The notes beneath the pieces are model-generated. The model was given only the letters and a program-made list of their open reading frames with translations, had not been told where the DNA came from and made no database searches. From NCBI GenBank assembly GCA_013153105.1, contig JAADFC010000023.1:1-41206 (forward strand): a stretch of DNA of 41,206 nt, read 5' to 3'. The DNA comes from Thermoproteota archaeon. GTDB lineage: Archaea > Thermoproteota > Thermoprotei_A > Sulfolobales > Pyrodictiaceae. Position numbers and translations under genes: made by a program. The number at the start of each line of letters is the position of its first letter. The first letter of the stretch is position 1. Positions 35,639-41,206 of the stretch are shown here, one piece after another.

Positions 35639-35646
35639 TTTATAAG
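35639..35646. promoter_or_regulatory. TATA box TTTATAAG with a purine-rich BRE-like flank, upstream of tfb (possibly bidirectional)
   Basis: GGGTAAGG-TTTATAAG lies 21-28 nt upstream of the first possible tfb start. Confidence 0.5.
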
Positions 35647-35666
35647 TATCTGGCTGCATGTAGGTA

Positions 35667-36686
35667 TTGTGGGGCTTTAAGGGTTTCGGGCCCGTGAACC
35701 AGTGGGATGTACGGGCCCGAGCCCGCCCCCGAGTAGGTTCGGCCGCGGGTGGCTCCGAGGTGGCCGTCGACCGGCCCGATCGGGCCGCGGATAAGGAGCC
35801 CTGCCCACGCGAGTACATAGTGTACGATGAGACTCGGGGAGAGTACGTCTGCACGCTTACGGGTGAGGTAGTAGAGGACACTATCATCGACACGGGTCCC
35901 GAGTGGAGGGCCTACACGCCGGAGGAGAAGACGAGGCGCAGCCGTGTAGGCAGCCCCCTCACCCATACGCTCCCCGACATGGGTATACTTACTACGATCT
36001 CGAGCTACCGCGACGCGGCGGGCCGTAAGCTTGATGCGCGTCTCCGCATTGAGGCGAGCAGGCTCCGCCGTCTTCAGGCTAAGCTCCGGGCTACTACTAG
36101 TGTTGAGAAGAACATCGAGCAGGCTGCCAAGGAGATCACGCGTATTGTTGAGGCTTTGAAGCTTCCTCGTAACATTATCGATGAGGCTATGATGATATAC
36201 CGGCAGGCGGCGGAGAAGGGGCTCGTACGCGGCCGCAGTCTCGAGTCAATGGTTGCCGCAGCGGTTTATGCTGCGTGTAGGCTACAGCGTATACCGATAA
36301 GCATCGATAAGATAGCGGAGTACGTCAAGGGTGGCCGTAAGGAGGTTGCGCGCTGCTACAGGCTGATAGTCCGCGAGTTGAAGCTGCGTATGCCGATAGT
36401 CGATCCTATACGGTACGTGTCTAGGATAGCGAGCGCCCTGAAGCTGAGCCCTGCGGTGGAGCGGCGGGCTTCTGAGATACTGATAGAGGCTAAGAAGAAG
36501 GGCCTTACTGCTGGCAAGGACCCCGCCGGGCTTGCCGCTGCAGCCATCTATATAGCCGCCTTGGAGCTTGGCGATAGGAGGACGCAGAAGGAGATAGCCA
36601 GCGCTGCTGGTGTAACCGAGGTGACTGTTAGGAACAGGTACAAGGAGCTCGTGCAGAAGCTTAAGATACCGCTCCCCGCCCAGTAG
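35667..36686 (+). CDS. tfb: Transcription initiation factor B (TFB)
   Basis: CPREYIVYDETRGEYVCTLTGEVV ribbon region, IIDTGPEWRAYTPEEKTRRSRVG B-reader/linker, and two cyclin-fold repeats. The start is uncertain (TTG 35667, GTG 35694 or GTG 35760). Confidence 0.9.
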   Translation: MWGFKGFGPVNQWDVRARARPRVGSAAGGSEVAVDRPDRAADKEPCPREYIVYDETRGEYVCTLTGEVVEDTIIDTGPEWRAYTPEEKTRRSRVGSPLTHTLPDMGILTTISSYRDAAGRKLDARLRIEASRLRRLQAKLRATTSVEKNIEQAAKEITRIVEALKLPRNIIDEAMMIYRQAAEKGLVRGRSLESMVAAAVYAACRLQRIPISIDKIAEYVKGGRKEVARCYRLIVRELKLRMPIVDPIRYVSRIASALKLSPAVERRASEILIEAKKKGLTAGKDPAGLAAAAIYIAALELGDRRTQKEIASAAGVTEVTVRNRYKELVQKLKIPLPAQ

Positions 36687-36716
36687 ACCGCATCTCCTCC
36701 GCGTCATCTCCCCCGG

Positions 36717-36721
36717 TTTTT
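36717..36721 (+). terminator. T5 run after tfb
   Basis: CCCCCGGTTTTTAC lies 31 nt after the tfb stop. Oligo-T is the usual archaeal termination signal. Confidence 0.4.
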
Positions 36722-36811
36722 ACGGGTCGCCGGCTGAGCCTCTCCTCACTGCTCCCCTGCGTGGCCCGGGTCCCCTCCTTGGGGGCGGTGTAGGGCCAGC
36801 GGCACCCTCCG

Positions 36812-36819
36812 GTTATAGG
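36812..36819 (+). promoter_or_regulatory. TATA-like GTTATAGG upstream of lysS
   Basis: Lies about 45-50 nt upstream of GTG 36864. Confidence 0.35.
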
Positions 36820-36863
36820 CGGCGGTCAGCGCGTGGCCGGTATCCTCCCCGGGTGCTGCTGCG

Positions 36864-38561
36864 GTGGCGGCGCGCGGCGATGTTAGGGGAGAACGCTTCC
36901 TGCGCGAGGCTGTTGTCGAGAGGGATGGCCGCCTGGTTCACTGGGTTGACGCGCTTGTAGAGCGTCTAGATTCAGTGTTTAAGTCCAGGGGTGTCCGGGA
37001 GGTCGTGGTCAATGGTGGTCTCTCTGTCTCGGGGTTGCAGCATGTTGGCAGGCTGCGTGGCGAGGTTATAGTGGGCGATGTTGTGGCCTCGCTTCTCGAG
37101 GAGCGGGGCTATCGTGTGTCGCGCATGCTTACTCTCTACACGCAGGATGCTTGGAAGGGTAAGCCGAGCCAGTTGAGGCAGTTCCGCGATCCCAGGGAGG
37201 CGGAGCGTTACCGCGGGTGGCCCCTGATACGCGTCCCGGACCCGCTGGGGGAGCTTCCCAGCTGGGTTGACAGGTACTGGAGGGACTTCGGGCCGTATAT
37301 AGACGAGTTTACGCGGGGACACGTGGAGGTTGTGACCACAACGGAGCTGTATAAGGGTAGGCTGTTGGAGTTCACTAAGCTTGCTGTGGAGCGGCGTGGG
37401 GAGGTTCGCAGGGTTATAAACAAGTATCGGGGCCGTAGGCCCTACCCGGAGGGTTGGATACCTTTCGAGCCTAGGTGCCAGCGGTGCGGCAGGATAGACT
37501 CCACGGAGGCCCTTGAGGTGGATTTTGAGGGTAACCGCGTCTACTACCGTTGCCGCAGCTGTGGCGGTGAGGGCTGGGCCCCGCTCTGGGATGGGAAGCT
37601 GAACTGGCGCCTGGAGTGGGTTGGCGTCTGGTGGAGCCTCAACGTGCGCTTCGAGCCCTACGGCAAGGACCACGCTACACCGGGGGGCAGCCGTGACAGT
37701 GCTAACGAGCTTGCGGTGGCTGTGTTCGGCCTGGAGCCTCCGGAGGGGTTGCCATACGAGTGGGTGGCTGTCCGCTACCCCGACGGGCGCGAACAGGATA
37801 TGAGCAGCAGCGACTTCATAGGGTTCACACCCCGCGAGTGGCTCGAGGTTGCCGAGCCGGAGCTGCTACGGTTCCTGGTGCTCCGCACGCCTCCTATGAG
37901 GAAACTCGTGCTGGGCCTGCACGAGGTGCCCCTCTACTACGACCAGTACTACCGTGCGGAGCGCGTCTTCTACGGCGTTGAAGCCACGGGCAGGGAGTGG
38001 GAGGACCTGCTCCTCCGGAGGAGCTATGAGCTCAGCTACGTGCGCGGCGGGCCACCGGAGCGTATGCCGGCGCAGCCGCCGTACACGCACCTTGCCATAC
38101 TGGCGCAGCTCCTCCCCGAGGAGATGTGGGAGAGCGAGGCTGTCCGCAGGCTGCAGCGGGTAGGCCACCTGCCCCCTGAGCCCAGCAGCTTCGACCTTGA
38201 GCGTGTCCGTAGGCTGCTGCCTAGGGCCAGGCGCTGGGCGGAGCGGTATGCGCCGGAGCACATGCGCGTCAGGCTGCTGGAGCGGCTGCCTGCCGAGGTT
38301 CTCGAGGCTGTACCCGAGGAGCACAAGCGCCTCCTGGAGGGCCTCGCAGACGCGCTCTCGCGGCTCGAGGAGTGGAACGAGGAGTCTATCAAGAGGGTTA
38401 TGGTGGAGTATACAAGGGGCTGGGACGCGAAGCGCCGTAGGGAGTTCTACCGGAGCCTCTACATGGTGTTCCTCGGCAGGCCCAGCGGCCCGCGGGCTGC
38501 GCCGCTTCTGGCGCTGCTGCCGAGGGAGATGGTGCTAGAGCGGCTGAGGCTGCGCCGCTGA
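36864..38561 (+). CDS. lysS: Lysine--tRNA ligase, class I
   Basis: HIGH-like LQHVGRLRGE, KMSKS-equivalent QDMSSSDF, and a zinc-ribbon insertion CQRCG..CRSCGGEG. Length and order fit class I LysRS. Confidence 0.9.
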   Translation: MAARGDVRGERFLREAVVERDGRLVHWVDALVERLDSVFKSRGVREVVVNGGLSVSGLQHVGRLRGEVIVGDVVASLLEERGYRVSRMLTLYTQDAWKGKPSQLRQFRDPREAERYRGWPLIRVPDPLGELPSWVDRYWRDFGPYIDEFTRGHVEVVTTTELYKGRLLEFTKLAVERRGEVRRVINKYRGRRPYPEGWIPFEPRCQRCGRIDSTEALEVDFEGNRVYYRCRSCGGEGWAPLWDGKLNWRLEWVGVWWSLNVRFEPYGKDHATPGGSRDSANELAVAVFGLEPPEGLPYEWVAVRYPDGREQDMSSSDFIGFTPREWLEVAEPELLRFLVLRTPPMRKLVLGLHEVPLYYDQYYRAERVFYGVEATGREWEDLLLRRSYELSYVRGGPPERMPAQPPYTHLAILAQLLPEEMWESEAVRRLQRVGHLPPEPSSFDLERVRRLLPRARRWAERYAPEHMRVRLLERLPAEVLEAVPEEHKRLLEGLADALSRLEEWNEESIKRVMVEYTRGWDAKRRREFYRSLYMVFLGRPSGPRAAPLLALLPREMVLERLRLRR

Positions 38562-38602
38562 ACCGCCTCTATCGGGTTGCGGTAGTAAACGGGCGCTAAG
38601 CT

Positions 38603-38610
38603 GATTTAAG
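38603..38610 (+). promoter_or_regulatory. TATA-like GATTTAAG
   Basis: Lies about 45 nt upstream of GTG 38653. Confidence 0.35.
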
Positions 38611-38652
38611 GGGCGGCCACCCCTACAAGCGACTTGGAACCCCGCCGCAGAG

Positions 38653-39093
38653 GTGGCAGCTGCGCCCCCGGCGGGCAGGTGGTCCCCCTTGAGCATGAGC
38701 AGTGAGGCCCCCATACAGCATATATCGTATCTACACGAGGATACGCATCACATAAACATAGCAAGGCTGAAGTGTATGTTGAAGTGTGTCCTATCGCTCA
38801 ACGAGGAGGAGGCGCAGGTCCTGTCCTACCTAATCGCGCAGGGGCGTGGCGCTATAGCGAAGGATATCGCTGAGGCTCTGGAGAGGAACCCCGAGGTGGT
38901 CCGCCGCGCCCTCCGGAGCCTCTACATGAGGGGACTCGTGACTCGGAAACCCTATCCGCTCCGACGCGGCGGCCGCGCCTACATGTACGAGGTGCCGAAG
39001 CCTCTCGTGCGGGCTCTGCTGAGCGTCTGCAGGAAGATGGACGAGTTGATAAAGACTGTTGCGTCAGCCGAGCAGCAGGGCCCTGTCATCTAA
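38653..39093 (+). CDS. Winged-helix (TrmB/MarR-like) transcriptional regulator
   Basis: LNEEEAQVLSYLIAQGRGAIAKDIAEALERNPEVVRRALRSLYMRGLVTRK. The start is uncertain (GTG 38653 or ATG 38695). Confidence 0.6.
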   Translation: MAAAPPAGRWSPLSMSSEAPIQHISYLHEDTHHINIARLKCMLKCVLSLNEEEAQVLSYLIAQGRGAIAKDIAEALERNPEVVRRALRSLYMRGLVTRKPYPLRRGGRAYMYEVPKPLVRALLSVCRKMDELIKTVASAEQQGPVI

Positions 39094-39111
39094 AAGTCTC
39101 GGGGGTGGGTC

Positions 39112-39987
39112 CTACCGGAGCCGTGGGGCGGCGCCCTCGAGGCTGAACATCATCGCCAGCCTCTCGCCGCCGGCGATGAAGCGCAGCCTGAGCCCCCTGC
39201 GCTGCAGCCTGGCCTCCGCTTCAGCAGGGTCTGCGAGCACGCCTGGCTCCAGCCTGTCGCTGGCGAGCAGGAAGCTGTTTACATAAGTGAAGCTTGGTAT
39301 CCAGGCACCATAGCCTCTCACCTTCTCGAACACTTGGCGTAGTGCCTTCTCCACGGCCTCATAGGCTTCGGGGAAGAAGGTTGAGGACCCCGCCTGAACG
39401 GCTAGCACACCCTCCGGTGTCATCACATTCTTTATCGTCTGGAACGCCTCCACGCCGTAGAGGTGTTTGGCCACCTCCGAGCCGTAAGGGTCTGTAAGGT
39501 CCATTATCACCACGTCGAACCTCTCTCCGCGCTTGCTGGCCTCGCGTACATAGTCGAAGCCGTCCATTATCCTCACCTCAGCCCGTGGATCGTCGAAGGC
39601 TCCCTGATGCCACTCGGGGAGGTACTCTTTCGATACGCGTACTACCTCCTCGTCTATGTCGACCATGACAGCCTTCTCGACGGTGGGGTGGCGTAGGGCC
39701 TCCCGTAGCGTGGCGCCCTCGCCGCCGCCCAGGATGAGGACGCGCCGCGGCTGGGGGTGGAGTAGCATTGCTGGGTGTACCAGGGCTTCATGGTATATGT
39801 ACTCGTCGGCCTCGGCGCTCTGTATCAAGCCGTCGAGTATCAAGGCTTTGCCGAAGCCCTTGAGGCGCACTATCATTATCTCCTGGAAGCGACTCCTACG
39901 CTTGAGCAGCACCTCCTCGACAGCGTAGAGGCAGCCCATCACGCCGCCAGGCTGGTAGAGGGTGAGCCGGAACCCGCCAAGCTCCAC
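39112..39987 (-). CDS. speE: Polyamine aminopropyltransferase (spermidine synthase family)
   Basis: LILDGLIQSAEADEYIYHEALVHPA, VLILGGGEGATLREALRH, VVIMDLTDP. Confidence 0.88.
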   Translation of the reverse strand: MELGGFRLTLYQPGGVMGCLYAVEEVLLKRRSRFQEIMIVRLKGFGKALILDGLIQSAEADEYIYHEALVHPAMLLHPQPRRVLILGGGEGATLREALRHPTVEKAVMVDIDEEVVRVSKEYLPEWHQGAFDDPRAEVRIMDGFDYVREASKRGERFDVVIMDLTDPYGSEVAKHLYGVEAFQTIKNVMTPEGVLAVQAGSSTFFPEAYEAVEKALRQVFEKVRGYGAWIPSFTYVNSFLLASDRLEPGVLADPAEAEARLQRRGLRLRFIAGGERLAMMFSLEGAAPRLR

Positions 39988-40056
39988 GGCATCGCACCGG
40001 GATGAATGTGCGGGCCTGGGCGGTGCTGAGCTAAAGGTGCTCCCCGTGCTGCCTGC

Positions 40057-40449
40057 CTACCGCAGGGGAGAGAGTAGAGGCAGCCTGGTAACGGTGTACC
40101 GCCAGACGACTATGCGCTGCCGCTCCACTGGCCCCCAGAAGTCGCCGAAGCCGTGAGCCCAGCCGGTTCTGGCGTAGAGTGCAATCCACGGCTTACCCCG
40201 GTACTCGGCCATGACGTCTGCCAAATGCGTCCAGGGGCTGGCAGAGACCCTCACACCGCCTACCTCGACCGAGGATGCTACAAGCCTTACAGTATAGTGG
40301 CCGCTGGCGTCGCCGTCAACTCGGACGATTAGCTTCACGCGTACTAGAACGCCGATGCTCTCTAGCGGGTCAAAGGGGTAGACTAAGGTGAACCTATCAC
40401 CGCTATGGTAAACCGTTACCGCGGTCACAGGGTTCGGCCTGTCCCACAT
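40057..40449 (-). CDS. Hypothetical beta-rich protein (or the C-terminal part of a frameshifted gene)
   Basis: 131 aa from ATG 40449. It overlaps the stop of the upstream ORF by 25 nt and has no signal peptide. Confidence 0.45.
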   Translation of the reverse strand: MWDRPNPVTAVTVYHSGDRFTLVYPFDPLESIGVLVRVKLIVRVDGDASGHYTVRLVASSVEVGGVRVSASPWTHLADVMAEYRGKPWIALYARTGWAHGFGDFWGPVERQRIVVWRYTVTRLPLLSPLR

Positions 40450-40853
40450 ATAGCCCAGGTTGGGTCTACAGCGATTATGGGGCCGCGATACCGCGCCGCC
40501 CCGGTGTAGCCGGTGCTCCAGAGCGCCCACTCCTCAACCACTGCAACAGAGGGGACCTTCAGCTTCCCCGGGGAGCCCCTGTGCTCAGCCAAGGTGTACT
40601 CGACGAACACGAGGTATAGACCCTTGTCGAGTTCGGCGAGGCCCAGCCAGGCGAGAGAGTCGCAGCCGCAATAGCAGCCGTCGGTCTTGGATAGCAAGAC
40701 TGTCGCGAGGGCGTCGGGTGCAGCGAAAACCCGGGCGTAGGGCGGCCCGCTGCACCCACCGTCGGAGCCGTAGTAGCCTACGGTAAGCCCCCAAGCCTTG
40801 GGCGAGAGGAGAATGAACATCACGGCGAGGATTACCAGCGTGGGGCGCCACAT
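40425..40853 (-). CDS. Hypothetical secreted/membrane-anchored Cys-containing protein
   Basis: The N-terminus MWRPTLVILAVMFILLSPKAWG looks like a signal peptide. Cys cluster GGCSG..DGCYCGCD. Confidence 0.55.
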   Translation of the reverse strand: MWRPTLVILAVMFILLSPKAWGLTVGYYGSDGGCSGPPYARVFAAPDALATVLLSKTDGCYCGCDSLAWLGLAELDKGLYLVFVEYTLAEHRGSPGKLKVPSVAVVEEWALWSTGYTGAARYRGPIIAVDPTWAICGTGRTL

Positions 40854-41116
40854 GGACGCATACCCCTCCCCGGCCCCCAGCCGCTGTGGGGCTCTGAAGA
40901 GTGGAAGAGTGTAAACGCGCCTCCAGATGTAGCATAGATGTTATAGTCTAGTTGAACCCAGATGTATAGCTTCGAGCTGTGCTCCTTGTATACCAGCATA
41001 TGGCCCGGGATTTGTCTAGAGCCAGCTCCGCCTGGGTACAGGCTGCCACCTGCTGCGGCAGGGTGCGGATGAAGGGCTCGCCAGACACTTAGCGCTTGTA
41101 GAAGGCGTGGGGTTTG

Positions 41117-41204
41117 TGGTGCGGGGGGTGGGATTTGAACCCACGCAGGCCTACGCCAGCGGGTCCTAAGCCCGCCCCCTTTGACCTGGCTCGGGCACCC
41201 CCGC
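41117..41204 (-). tRNA. tRNA-Leu (anticodon TAG), long variable arm, CCA encoded in the gene
   Basis: The reverse complement has the same arms as the tRNA at 6-93. The anticodon loop is CTTAGGA, with TAG as the complement of 41166-41168. CCA is the complement of 41117-41119. Confidence 0.9.
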
Positions 41205-41206
41205 AC
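41117..41206. repeat. Right arm of the 90-nt inverted repeat
   Basis: See the left arm at 4-93: 89 of 90 positions are identical in inverted orientation. Confidence 0.9.

Noticed and set aside
35760-35840. The degenerate TFB zinc ribbon (CPRE...CTLT, only two Cys instead of CxxC...CxxC) as a novelty.
   Set aside because: As I remember it, Sulfolobus TFB1 has the same two-Cys pattern (CPPD...CSET), so this appears to be a known crenarchaeal trait rather than a new feature.
493-37673. Long antisense or shadow ORFs, e.g. 493-1140, 2646-3308, 4101-4637, 10588-11172, 13473-14174, 18704-19636, 31111-31821, 31885-32715 and 36972-37673.
   Set aside because: Each lies opposite or out of frame to a gene with strong family motifs and has low-complexity Arg/Pro/Ala/Gly-rich translations. 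These are typical GC-rich shadow ORFs.
1-41206. CRISPR arrays, transposases or integrases, toxin-antitoxin pairs, or a defence island near the tRNA genes.
   Set aside because: I found no regularly spaced direct repeats, no cas-like, integrase-like or transposase-like translations in the ORF track, and no partial tRNA duplications that would indicate att sites.

Overview
This is a GC-rich (roughly 60% by eye), tightly packed archaeal chromosome segment. Its content is a Nop5-fibrillarin operon, PCNA, TFB, RpoP, aSUI1, class I LysRS, archaeal-type GlyRS and AspRS, tRNA-splicing endonuclease, an aKMT-like lysine methyltransferase, ether-lipid isoprenoid genes and an alternative (siroheme-dependent) heme cluster. 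That content, with frequent GTG/TTG starts and many short gene overlaps, points to a hyperthermophilic crenarchaeon, possibly Desulfurococcales/Aeropyrum-like; this is inference only. I call about 50 CDS, 3 tRNA genes, several TATA-like promoter elements and two unassigned structured non-coding regions. I see no CRISPR array, integrase, transposase, rRNA or recognisable defence island. All protein calls rest on motifs I recognise in the supplied translations, not on any search. The window is bounded by two 90-nt inverted copies of a tRNA-Leu gene that differ only at the wobble base of the anticodon. I did not find an unambiguous new multi-gene system, and most of the window is ordinary core genome. 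The best leads are: (1) a B12-like/radical-SAM/TRAM protein whose cluster motif is split to CX23CX2C; (2) an uncharacterised 413-aa protein with a PD-(D/E)XK-like motif and a C-terminal RHH-like tail; (3) two long non-coding gaps (94-579 and 1483-1865) with strong long-range helices; (4) an 8-Cys protein co-oriented downstream of endA; (5) the inverted tRNA-Leu pair itself.
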